This document shows positions 1 to 11,028 of a DNA stretch of 64,000 nt, piece by piece. Every line of letters begins with the position of its first letter. Position 1 is the first letter of the stretch. The notes beneath the pieces are model-generated. The model was not told the origin of the DNA. It saw nothing but the letters and a program-made list of their open reading frames with translations, and did no database searches. Both the position numbers and the translations under genes were made by a program. This DNA is from Nemertoderma westbladi (Eukaryota > Animalia > Xenacoelomorpha), in the NCBI GenBank assembly GCA_032718475.1, contig JAUCBJ010006043.1:1759-65758 (forward strand). The letters are read 5' to 3'.

Positions 1-169
1 TACGGTCAATTATATTTAAATTTCGCGCTCTTTTCACTTAACTATTTACCAAAATGCGATTTTGCTTCTGGGCGTGCGAAAATTAGAAAAACCAAAAGTT
101 GCCAGATTTGGCAATAAACATTGCCATATGTGGCAACTTTTGAGGTTGCCAGATTTGGCCATTGTACCT

Positions 170-1626
170 AACTGCTGTAGTACAGCTTCAATATCAAGTA
201 TAGGCCTAATCTGATAATACTGCAGTATTTACTTAGTTAAAGTCAATGACTGACTGACTGTACTGCAGTACTGGTACTGGCCAGCTGGCTGACTAGCAGA
301 CTATTATAGATAGGCCCTACTTTAAAAAATTGTAAATGCTATGATTGTACACTGTCAGACTGTACCACTGCAGCCATTTACTTCTGTCATGCCAGCATAC
401 TGCTGTACTGTACTGCAGTACTGGTACACGTTAGGGCTCGATCGGAGCTCCGGCCATTTTGGCACCTCCGGCTCCTGCTCCGGCTCCGGTAAAAATATTG
501 CCGGAGTTAATTTTTTTAATAAAGTATTATATTTCGTGCATATTCTCATCTGAACAATTATTTACACTATAAGTACTGAAGTAAGTAAAGTACTGTAGTA
601 CAGCTTCAATATCAAGAATAATACCGGTACTGCAGTATTTACTTAAAGTCAATGACTGACTGACTGTACTGCAGTACTGGTACTGGGTACTGGCCAGCTG
701 GCTGACTAGCAGACTATTACAGATAGGCCCTACTGTAAAAAATTGTAAATGCTATGAATGTACACTGTAGCTGTACCACTGCAGCCATTTACTGCTGTCA
801 TGCCATGCCAGCATACTGTACTGCAGTACTGGCTGACTGGTACACAGTACACGTACGGTAGGCTACCTACAGTACACACCTCTACCGCAGTTAGTGAGTT
901 AGGTACTGTAGGTAATTTTTAGCGTCAGCGTCAGGCCGTCTGTCCTTGATAAATTAATTACTTAAATTTTAAATTGAAAATTCGTAAATCTATAAATTAT
1001 GAAATTAATTAGACCTACAGTATGATTGATTATGCTGTTATGAGCGATTGGCGTACGATAACCATACTTTATTTTTTTTTAAATAAATAATTAAATTTTT
1101 AAAATTTTTGAAAAACTCCGGCTCCTGCTCCGGCTCCGGCCAAATTGTCCAACTCCGGCTCCTGCTCCGGCTCCGGCCAAATCCCAACTCCGATCGAGCC
1201 CTAGTACACGTACGGTAGGCTACCTACAGTCATGACAGTACAGACCTCTACCACAGTTAGACAGTTAGCGAGTTAGGTACTGTAGGTAATTTTTAGCCGT
1301 CAGTGTCAGGCCGTCGCCGTCAGCATCAGGCCGTCGCCGTCAGCGTCAGGCCGTCTGTCCGTGCTGCCTTGATAAATTAATTACTTAAATTTTAAATTGA
1401 AAATTCGTAAATCTATAAATTATGAAATTAATTAGACCTACAGTATGATTGATTATGAGCGATTGGCGAATGATAACCATACAGCCATACTTTATTTTTT
1501 TTTAAATAAATAATTAAATTTTTAAAATTTTTGAAAAACTCCGGCTCCTGCTCCGGCTCCGGCCAAATTGTCCAACTCCGGCTCCTGCTCCGGCTCCGGC
1601 CAAATCCCAACTCCGATCGAGCCCTA
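170..1626. mobile_element. Older copy of the same MITE family, interrupted by the 432-1203 copy
   Basis: ~170-431 matches ~590-854 and 1204-1626 matches ~847-1203; ends with the same right TIR at 1626; left TIR not seen. Confidence 0.7.
432..1203. mobile_element. Non-autonomous hAT-type MITE
   Basis: 16-bp terminal inverted repeats TAGGGCTCGATCGGAG (432) / CTCCGATCGAGCCCTA (ends 1203); 8-bp target-site duplication GTACACGT at 424-431 and 1204-1211; subterminal CTCCGG repeats; no coding capacity. Confidence 0.85.
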
Positions 1627-1929
1627 GTACATAGTAGTAGTAGTACACCTGTACATATACCAATACTGGTGAACCGGTACAATAAATAACAGTTGACAGT
1701 CAGTCGGGCACTTTGTCAATATTATGATTTGAAAAGTAAGAAATGTTTTTTTGTAAAGAGAATATCTATTTTAATTAAAATATTGTTGAATCCAACCAAT
1801 CTATATTGTTGTTTGTAATAATTTTAATGATATGTTTTATTGCATGTCAATATTGACATCTAATATCAATATTGACATGAACGCTGGGTTCTTATGTATA
1901 TTTCACCCCCACCAAATTTATTTAGAGGC

Positions 1930-3860
1930 CTTCAAGTAACATCACAAATACTGAAAAGAGCTGTCAAAACGCTTCAGTTAGACAGTTAGAGGCATTCTTG
2001 CTGCATTGTAAATACTGAAAAGAGCTTTTGAAACTATTCAGGCCTTCGCGCAGCATGTTAAATACTGAAAAAGAGCTACTAAAACCGTTCAGAGTCCTTT
2101 GTGCAGCATGATAAATGCCGAAAAGTGCAGTTGAAATTGTTCAGAGGGTTTCATGTATCATGAGAAAAACTGAAAAGAACTGATAAAACTGCCCACGCCC
2201 AGGGGCCTTCACACAGTTTGAAAAATACATAAAAGATCTTTCAAAGCTGCTCAGAGACCTTTGTGCAGCATGATAAACGCCGAAAAGAGATGTTGAAACT
2301 ATTCAGAGCTTTGTGCAGCATGATAAATGCTGAAAAGAGCTGTTGAAACTGTTCAGAGGTCTTCGAGCAGCTTGAGAAGGACTGAAAATAAGTTTTGAAA
2401 CTTTCAGCCTTCGCACAGAATCTGAAATTCTGAAGAGTTGATAAAACTGTTCAGAGTTCTTCATGCAGCATGATAAATGCTGAAAATAACATTTGAAGTT
2501 GTTCAGAGTGCTTTGTGCAATATGAGCATGCCGAAAATAGCTGTTGAAACTGTTGTGAGGCCTTCGTGCAGCATGATAAATGCTGAAAAGAGCTGATAAA
2601 ACTGTTCAGAGTCCTTCATGCAGCATGATAAATGCTGAAAATATCATTTGAAGTTGTTCAGAGGGCTTTGTGCAATATGACAATGTCGAAAATAGCTGTT
2701 GAAACTGTTCAGATGCCTTCGTGAATCATGATAAATGCTGAAAAGGGCTTTTAAAACTGCTAAAAAGGCCTTCATGCAGGATGAGAAATACTGAAAAGAG
2801 CTGATGAAACTGTTCAGAGTCCTTCATGCAGCATGATAAATGCAGCATGATAAATGATAAATGCTGAAAATAACATTTGAAGTTATTCAGTTCAGAGGGC
2901 TTTGTGCAATATGAGAATGCCGAAAATAGCTGTTGAAACTGTTGCAGAAGCCTTCGTGCAGCATGATAAATGCTGAAAAGGGCTGTTAAAACTGCTAAAA
3001 GGCCTTCATGCAGCATGAGAAATATTGAAAAGAGCTGATAAAACTGTTCAGAGTCCTTCATGCAGCATGATAAATGCTGAAAATAACATTTGAAGTTGTT
3101 CAGAGGGCTTTGTGCAATATGAGAATGCCGAAAATAGCTGTTGAAACTGTTCAGATGCCTTCATGCAGCATGATAAATGCTGAAAAGGGCTGTTAAAATT
3201 GCTAAAAAGGCATTCATGCAGCATGATAAATACTGAAAAGAGCTGATAAAACTGTTCAGAGTCCTCAAGGCAGCATGATAAATGCTGAAAATAACATTTG
3301 AAGTTGTTCAGAGGACTTCGTGCAGTATGAGAATGCCGAAAATAGCTGTCGAATCTGTTTAGAGGCTTTCGTGCAGCATGGGAAATGCTGAAAAGAGCTG
3401 TTGAAACTGTTAAAAGCCCTCGTGCAGCATGATAAATATCGAGAAGAGCTCATAAAACTGTTCAGAATCCTTCATGCAGCATGATAAATGCTGAAAAGAC
3501 CAGTTGACATTGTTCCTGAGGGCTTCGTGCAACATGAGAAATGTTGAAAATAGCTGTTAGAACTGTTCAGAGACCTTCATGAGTTCATGCAGCATGATAA
3601 ATGCTGAAATGAGCTGTTTAAATTGTTCAGAGGCCTTTGTGCTGTGCAGCTTGATAAATACTGAAATAGCTGCGAAATTATCCAGGCCTTTGCGCAGCAT
3701 GTGAAATGCTTTGAAACTGTAAAAGGTTTTGAAACTGTTCTGAAGCCTTTGCGATCGTCGCAATTTTCCAACCATGCAGACACGAATTGTTGAAACAATT
3801 CAGAGGCCTTCGTGCAGCATGGGAAATACTGAAAAGGACTGTTGAAACGGTTGATAAGGT
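1930..3860. repeat. Satellite, ~52-bp unit, roughly 35 copies
   Basis: Consensus ~GCAGCATGATAAATGCTGAAAAGAGCTGTTGAAACTGTTCAGAGGCCTTCGT, with a higher-order 3-4-mer pattern at ~2440-3360. ORFs here are spurious. Confidence 0.9.
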
Positions 3861-4822
3861 AGGCCTATACTATGACAGATACTTAAACTGAATGCCAAAT
3901 AATATAAATGATCAGACCACCCTGAAAACATACAGTAGCTGTTAACACTGTAACATGCCAAGCCAATCGCCAATACTGATAAACAACAACTATTATTTAT
4001 TTATTTATTACTTCTTTAATAGCTGAATAGGGGGGGGGGGGGGGGGGGACTGGACGCAATACAAATTATTAGTTTCCAGTTACGAATTCGAGCAATCAGT
4101 GTCAGTTAACCTTTTATCATCAGCGTACCATATCGTAGTTGGTTCGGGGAGACAAAGTAGGCCTACCATATGTTAGAGACCCCCCCCCCCCCCCCCCCCA
4201 CCCCCCGTCTCAAGGCAGCAAGCAGGCAAGGAACCAGAGATGCTAAATTTATTGTTACCAAATTATTAAAAGCTGTTACACAGTGTTAAGTGGATAAGAC
4301 TGTAAGTGTAAGATATATTATAAAAACATTAAGCCTACATGTGATCCAGTAATCAGTCAGTATGTAGCTTTGTCAGGTATAAATTATAGTTCTGTAGTTA
4401 TAGTACTGTAGTATAGTCTGTAGTGGGTAGTCTATAGGGTGGCGTGGCCTAACCCCACACTTCTGTTCTCATCATTACATGTCAATTTTGACATGTACGT
4501 CTATTTTAACATGAGAAAAACTTTAAGTATTTATATTAACTTAACGGCACGGTGAAAACAATTTCCGCACGGTCAAAAGTTTCTAATTTACTTATAAATT
4601 CGATTTTTATATTTAAAAAACACTTCTGGAAATATTTGAACACATCACAGCATCAGGTAAAAAAATGTCAATATTGACATGTCCATGTCAATTTTGACAT
4701 GCCCCATCCTGGAGAAACTAGCTCTACATGTCAATACTGCGTGTAATACTGCAGTTGTTAAAAATTCAGTGCCCCTGAAACCGGAAAGAACCGAAATACC
4801 GGTACGAGTATTAAACAATACA

Positions 4823-6812
4823 AGATAGATAGATTTTTATTTATACATTATGTAAAAACAATAACAAATACACCAAACAATGTACCGGTATAAAGGTATT
4901 GTCCAACATAACATATAGGATTACCCCTAAAGCTTTGCAGCTTATTTCCAAGGGGGTCCTTTATGTTACTTGGTTACAAATACAATATTACACTACGCTA
5001 ACCTAAAACCAATATAAAACGTAATTACACTATGTACATGTACAACTTTACCGAGAGCGTGACAATGTCCGACTCAACGATAAAGATGTAATGTCTACAG
5101 AACAATTTATTATAAAACGTAATTACAGTATAAATAGTAAATAATTAATAAACTAATAACTTACTGTAGGACTATTGTACCTATTTTTACATTGCACACG
5201 GAGATGAGATTTAACTGCAGATTTAAAAGAATGTTGATTATCTAGGTTTTTAATTTCATTTGGCAGAGCGTTCCAATTTTTTATGCCGTTAAAAAAGAAA
5301 GTATCAGATTCAAAGGATTTACAATTCGGGAGGTAGAAGTTTGAAGCACTAGCTCTGGTACTGTAAGAGTGTGTATCGCGTACTCTGTTGAATTTTTGTT
5401 TTAGGTAATTGGGACATTTACCATTATACACTTTATGCACATGGTTAAGGCGTAGCTGCTTAACTCTACTATCTAAGTTAAGTAGTCCAGATTCAGAAAA
5501 GTCATCTGGAGTTAGGTGGTGCCTAGGTTTGTAGTCTTTAATAAATCGTACTACTTTATTCTGAGCTACTTGTAATTTACATTTAAGCTGTTTGGTTAAG
5601 CCTTCATACCAAGAAGAGCACGCATAGTCCATGTGACACTGTATTAAAGAAGAGCAAAGTAACTTGCGGGAGTCGGTGTTTAAACTATTTTTATTTCTGT
5701 ATAGAAACCTAAGCCTACTGTTAACTTTCGAGAAAATATTTTTCACTATGCTTTCTCCTGATAAGCAGTTATCCAATGTGGCGCCTAAATATTTAACTTC
5801 CTTTTTATTTTCAATCTTATGTCCATTACTAGTGACTTCAAACTTAGTTACCTTCTTTAACTTTCTTTTGGAACCAAACAAAATACTTTCAGTCTTACCG
5901 TAGTGAATGGATAGCTTATTATCAACCAACCACTCATTACAGGATTCTAGAACTGCACTTAACTTTTGGGAAATATGGATAGGATCTTTATGAGAGAAAA
6001 TAAGAGCACTGTCGTCGGCATATAAAATGAGTTTAAAATCGGGATCTATACTACTTATCATATCATTTACATAGCAAACAAAAAGCAGAGGACCTAATAT
6101 ACTACCTTGCGGTACACCACAGGTAATCTCTTGTACAGTAGACTGCGATTTGCTAATGACTACAGTTTGACCTCTGTCTGACAGGTAGGACTTGAACCAG
6201 TCTATAGAACCTACACCCATCAGGCCTAACTTACCAAGCAGAATTTCGTGATCTACAGTATCGAAAGCCTTTTGTAGGTCCAACATTACCATACCAGTAT
6301 ATAAACCCTTTGCGTTATTACATCTAATTGTATCAGTTAAGTTAATAAGGCAGGTGTCTGTAGAATATGATTTACGAAAACCGGACTGAAGTTCATAGAT
6401 CAGATTTAGCCTACTAAGATGTGCCTCCAGCTGTAGAAAAACAGAACGTTCTAAAATTTTAGATACAATACTTAAGATACTAACAGGTCTGTAATTACAG
6501 GGTTCTACTTTACTATTCTTTTTATACAGAGGAACAACCTTAGCTAATTTCAGTTCGTTTGGTACTACATTATCTACGATAGAGTAATTAATGATAAAAG
6601 TAATAGGCACTTTAAGTACTTCAGCACCATCCTTAAGAAAACGGGCAGGTATTAGGTCTAGACCGGTACTTTTTGAGGCTGATAGGCTAAGTAGATTTTT
6701 AAAAACGAAATCCACAGAAACGGGTTTTAAAAATAACTTTTCTGAATTTTGTAACTTTTCTAAATAAAAATTATTTAGAGTTTCGGACCCTATACTATAT
6801 TTATTACTTGCA
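4823..6812 (-). mobile_element. 5'-truncated LINE (CR1/L2-group)
   Basis: RT ORF, then a 3' UTR ending in an (ATCT)n microsatellite tail at ~4823-4835; no endonuclease or ORF1 present. Confidence 0.85.
5153..6715 (-). CDS. LINE ORF2 reverse transcriptase (C-terminal part)
   Basis: [43 protein letters not shown] and KYLG motifs. Confidence 0.92.
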   Translation of the reverse strand: MDFVFKNLLSLSASKSTGLDLIPARFLKDGAEVLKVPITFIINYSIVDNVVPNELKLAKVVPLYKKNSKVEPCNYRPVSILSIVSKILERSVFLQLEAHLSRLNLIYELQSGFRKSYSTDTCLINLTDTIRCNNAKGLYTGMVMLDLQKAFDTVDHEILLGKLGLMGVGSIDWFKSYLSDRGQTVVISKSQSTVQEITCGVPQGSILGPLLFVCYVNDMISSIDPDFKLILYADDSALIFSHKDPIHISQKLSAVLESCNEWLVDNKLSIHYGKTESILFGSKRKLKKVTKFEVTSNGHKIENKKEVKYLGATLDNCLSGESIVKNIFSKVNSRLRFLYRNKNSLNTDSRKLLCSSLIQCHMDYACSSWYEGLTKQLKCKLQVAQNKVVRFIKDYKPRHHLTPDDFSESGLLNLDSRVKQLRLNHVHKVYNGKCPNYLKQKFNRVRDTHSYSTRASASNFYLPNCKSFESDTFFFNGIKNWNALPNEIKNLDNQHSFKSAVKSHLRVQCKNRYNSPTVSY

Positions 6813-7188
6813 AATTAATTTCACCCTTTTTTGAGGGAAAGGAGCAGATTACATAGGCTAGGCAGGCTATTCTAACTGCCATTTTAGAGTGGAATTTTCA
6901 ACTTAAAAGTTGAATTTAAAAAAAAAAGTTTTAAATTTCAACTCAGTTGAAATTTGAACTTCTCCCGGACTGTTATATTGTGTATTGTAAGTCCTATTAT
7001 GATTATACGAACAGTAGCCTACTAACTTTTACTGTATGCCAGTCAAAATCCTCATGAATCAAAGTTCTATCAGTCTATCAATCATTTCATACTTGACCTA
7101 CTTGACTGGCTATTGACAATGTAGCGGCACATATTTCGGCGCAGTTGCATTTGCTTACAATTAATTATATTTGTATACAAGTGTAGTG

Positions 7189-8502
7189 TAGGGCAGGGCT
7201 CGATCTGTCGATCGGAGTTGGGATTTGGCCGGAGCCGGAGCCCCGGAGCAGGAGTTGGACAATTTGGCCGGAGCCGGAATGGAGCCGGAGTTTTTCAAAA
7301 ATGTAAAAAATTTAATTGCCTAGGCCTAATTAAGCAAAAAAATAAAGTATGGTTATCGTTCGCCAATCGCATGCTCCTAGGCAGCTAGGTCTAATTAATT
7401 TCATAATTTAGGTAGGCCTATAGATTTACGAATTTTCGATTTAAAATTTAAGTAGGCCTAATTAATTTATCACGGACAGGCGGCCTGACACTGACGGCTA
7501 AAAATTACCTACAGTACCTAACTCGTCTAACTGTGATACATACAGAAATAGGTGTGTGTACTGTAGGTACCGTACGCGTACCAGCAGTACTGTATTGTAT
7601 TGTATTGTATTTGCTCTCCATAACATAATTAAACTGCATAAAATGGATAATGGACATTTCAAAATATTATACAGTAAATAAACAATATTATAGTTCATAG
7701 TTATGTTTTGAATAGGAGGGAGAAGACCGCCAAGGCATATAGCACTAATAGTTGTCCCAAGTGAAAGTAAAATATTATCATATATTTAAAATATACTCCA
7801 AAAATATAAAATAAAAATAAAATAGGGGAACGCACCGATCGCAGGCATGACATCAGTAAATGGCTGCAGTGGTACAGTGTACATGTACAAGCATTTACAA
7901 ATTTTTACAGTCAGACAGTAGGGCCTACGCCTACCTACCTGTAATAGTGTCTGCTAGTCAGCAAGTACCAGTACTGCAGTACGGAGTATGATAACCATTA
8001 CATTTATGGTGTAGGCCTATGTGTTGACAGGCCTATTACTGCTGTACAGGTACTGTATTAGGCTATTACATTGCAGCATTGTTAGGCTAGGGCAGTACGG
8101 TACTGTATTACCTACTAAACTGAAACATTTTACAGTTCACATTGTCATACAGACTTGAAGTGCTGGAGTACCAGGCACAGCTGTTGGCAGTTGGACTAAT
8201 AGTGTGTGACTCAGAGTCAGCCAGTCAGACAGTCAGTCAGTCAGTCATTGACTGTAAGTAAATACTGCAGTACCTATTCTGGTATTATGCTTGACTGCTT
8301 GATATTGAATCTGTAGTACAGTACTTATAGCTGTATAGTGTAAATAATTGTCCAGATTAGAATATGTACGAAATATAATACTTTATTAAAAAATTAACTC
8401 CTGCAATATTTTTACTGGAGCCGGAGCCGGAGCAGGAGCTGGAGGTGCCAAAATGGCCTGAGCCGGAGCCGGAGGCCGGAGCTCCGATCGAGCCGAGCCC
8501 TA
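7189..8502. mobile_element. Third copy of the TAGGG MITE, opposite orientation, degenerate and with insertions
   Basis: Starts TAGGGC(AGGGC)TCGATC, ends GATCGAGCC(GAGCC)CTA; interior is the reverse complement of 432-1203; no clean TSD. Confidence 0.75.
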
Positions 8503-8789
8503 GCAGTGCATGTATTGTATAACTGTATAGTGTATAATACTGATCCGTATGGAATCCATCCAAAAAGTGCGCCGGATACAGTCTGGGAAATTAGCCCGAT
8601 AGGGAAACTTATTTATTTCCCTATAGGGAAATTTGTGTTTCCATATAGGGAAATCACAGTTTTCCCTATATAGGGAAATTATGCAAATCTTGGTTTTTAA
8701 TTAATTTTACATGATTTTTATTTATTTTAGACTATACATGTTCTGTTTTATTAATAATGAATAGGCCTCAATATTAAGTAACTGAAATT

Positions 8790-9426
8790 AGCTAAGCTAG
8801 GTTGTTCCTCTGTATAAAAAGAATAGTAAAGTAGAACCCTGTAATTACAGACCTGTTAGTATCTTAAATATGTATCTATAATTCTAGAACGTTCTGTTTT
8901 TCTACAGCTGGAGGAACATCTTAGTAGGCTAAATCTCATCTATGAACTTCAGTCCGGCTTTCGTAAATCATATTCTACAGACACCTACCTGCCTTATTAA
9001 CTTAACTGATACAATTAGATGTAATAACGCAAAGGGTTTATATACTGGTATGGTAATGTTGGACCTACAAAAGGCTTTCGATACTGTAGATCACGAAATT
9101 CTGCTTGGTAAGTTAGGCCTGATGGGTGTAGGTTCTATAGACTGGTTCAAGTCCTACCTGTCAGACAGAGGTCAAACTGTAGTCATTAGCAAATCGCTGT
9201 CTACTGTACAAGAGATTACCTGTGGTGTACCGCAAGGTAGTATATTAGGTCCTCTGCTTTTTGTATGCTATGTAAATGATATGATAAGTAGTATAGATCC
9301 CGATTTTAAACTCATTTTATATGCCGACGACAGTGCTCTTATTTTCTCTCATAAAGATCATATCCATATTTCCCAAAAGTTAAGTCCAGTTCTAGAATCC
9401 TGTAATGAGTGGTTGGTTGATAATAA
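8790..9426 (+). pseudogene. Inverted fragment of the same LINE RT as 5153-6715
   Basis: Near-identical to the reverse complement of ~5915-6550; has a frameshift; cut abruptly at 9426/9427 where TGTTG begins. Confidence 0.9.
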
Positions 9427-9754
9427 TGTTGCCGTTATCCCTACACCAGGGGGGAAAAACGCCGATGCTGGAGACGTGACTTTACAGACCACCGAGCCCC
9501 GGCCAGTCACCGGATATTGATTGTGGAGAAGGAATGATTTCTGAGATGCAGGGTTGCGGTTGAGAAAAAGCTGCATTAGTTGGATATACTCTTTAATGTA
9601 ACTGAACTCTGTTGAACCTTGTTGAACAATATTGAACCCTGTTGAACCCTGATTGAGAATAATTTTGGGCTTCCCCAAATCAATATACACCAAATATTCA
9701 CAATAATTATACACGACAATATAAATCCCTACAGTATATTATTTAATTACCCAC
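9427..9754. repeat. Probable LTR fragment of another element
   Basis: Begins TGTTG exactly where the LINE fragment breaks; internal TGTTGAAC repeats; abuts the E1 LTR. Confidence 0.4.
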
Positions 9755-10854
9755 TGTTCGCTCGGATTTTAGCCTAACTAATGTTCCCCAGATTTTCCCT
9801 CGGTCCTAGTCTTGATGCCGTAGTGTCGGTGTCGGTCGACCCTGTCGCGTGTCCGTTCCACCCCTCACGAACCCCGAAGGGAACGATCATCGAGAACCAG
9901 CACGGCTTGGCTAAGGGTCGGTCCAGTCGGTAGACTCTGTCGCGTGTCCGTTCCACCCCTCACGAACCCCGAAGGGTTCGATCATCGAGAACCAGAACGG
10001 CTTGGCTAGGGGTCCGTCGGTTCATCGCAGAAACCCAACCACCTAGGCTTTCCGAGTCCCTTTCAGGCTCGTAGTCGCTTCGGCAGCCGAGAAACTGCTC
10101 CGAACAGTCGGTAGGCCAGTAGAGTCTAGTCCTTTGTCTTTCGACCCCGTCGCATGTCCGTCCCACCCCTCATGAACCCCGAAGGGAACGATCATCAAGA
10201 ACCAGTACGACTTGGCTAAGGGGTCTGTCGTCGGTTCCCGTCGCAGATCCCCGGTACAAGCAGTTAGCGTTCCGAGTTCTTTTCAGTCTCGTAATAACTG
10301 CTGTTGACCAGAGACCGCTAAGGGCAGTCCTCGTCAAACCCTTCCTCTGTAAGTCGGTAGACCCTTTCGCGTGTCCGTCCCACCCCTCACGAACCCCGAA
10401 GGGAACGATCATCGAGAACCAGTACGGCTTGGCTAGGGGTCTGTCGTGTCGTTTCCCGTCGCAAATCCCTGACACAAGCAGTCAGCGTTCCGAGTTCTTT
10501 TCAGTCTCGTAATAACTGCTGTTGGCCAGGGACCGCTAAGGGCAGTCCTTGTCCTTTAGGCCTGGCGCGTTACCAAATCCACCTCTACAGGCAGCAGGAA
10601 GTTGGCCAGGGCCTAATAGTAATCAGGCTAACCTGAATACTGCTTGAATTTTCCATCCCCCCTGGCCCTTATAAACATGAAATTAGTCCCGTACCCTGTA
10701 AGTCGCCCCAAAGTTCGCCCATAAATCACCCCCAGTGTATAGAATGTGCCCAAAACCCATGGTCCCGCACCCAGTAGTAATATCGGAATAATCATTTTAA
10801 ATAAATACAAAAAATATTCAACTCGCGTTATAAAAAGTTGAAATACCGCGAACA
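9755..10854 (-). repeat. 3' LTR of E1 (1100 bp)
   Basis: Perfect 7-bp terminal inverted repeat TGTTCGC...GCGAACA; preceded on the minus strand by a G-run PPT (GGGGGGGAC); TTTATAAG near 10670 could be a TATA box. No partner LTR in the window. Confidence 0.75.
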
Positions 10855-10864
10855 GTCCCCCCCA
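10855..10864 (-). promoter_or_regulatory. Polypurine tract of E1
   Basis: Minus strand reads TGGGGGGGAC|TGTTCGCG. Confidence 0.75.
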
Positions 10865-11028
10865 ATGACCTTCGTGAAGTCCGTTGGTAGATTGAGTTTG
10901 CGTAGGTCATTCCCAATATAAAAAACCCAAATTTAATATTGCATAGTTTTAATTAATTTGGCCTAGAGTTTATATATATATGTATAAAAATAAATGTTCG
11001 ATAAATGTTCCTGGAATATCCCGATCCA

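Noticed and set aside
1930-3860. Tandem hammerhead ribozymes (CTGAAAAGA...GAAA) and the ORFs over the array
   Set aside because: The core is not CUGANGA and stems I/III cannot be drawn; the ORFs are repeat translations.
9831-10443. Canonical hammerhead or SECIS call for the LTR motif
   Set aside because: It has CUCGAUGA and GAG instead of CUGAUGA/GAAA and lacks the SECIS apical AA; kept only as an unclassified structured RNA.
9427-10854. E1 LTR extending to 9427
   Set aside because: 9755 gives a perfect 7-bp terminal inverted repeat and a length similar to the E3/E4 LTRs.
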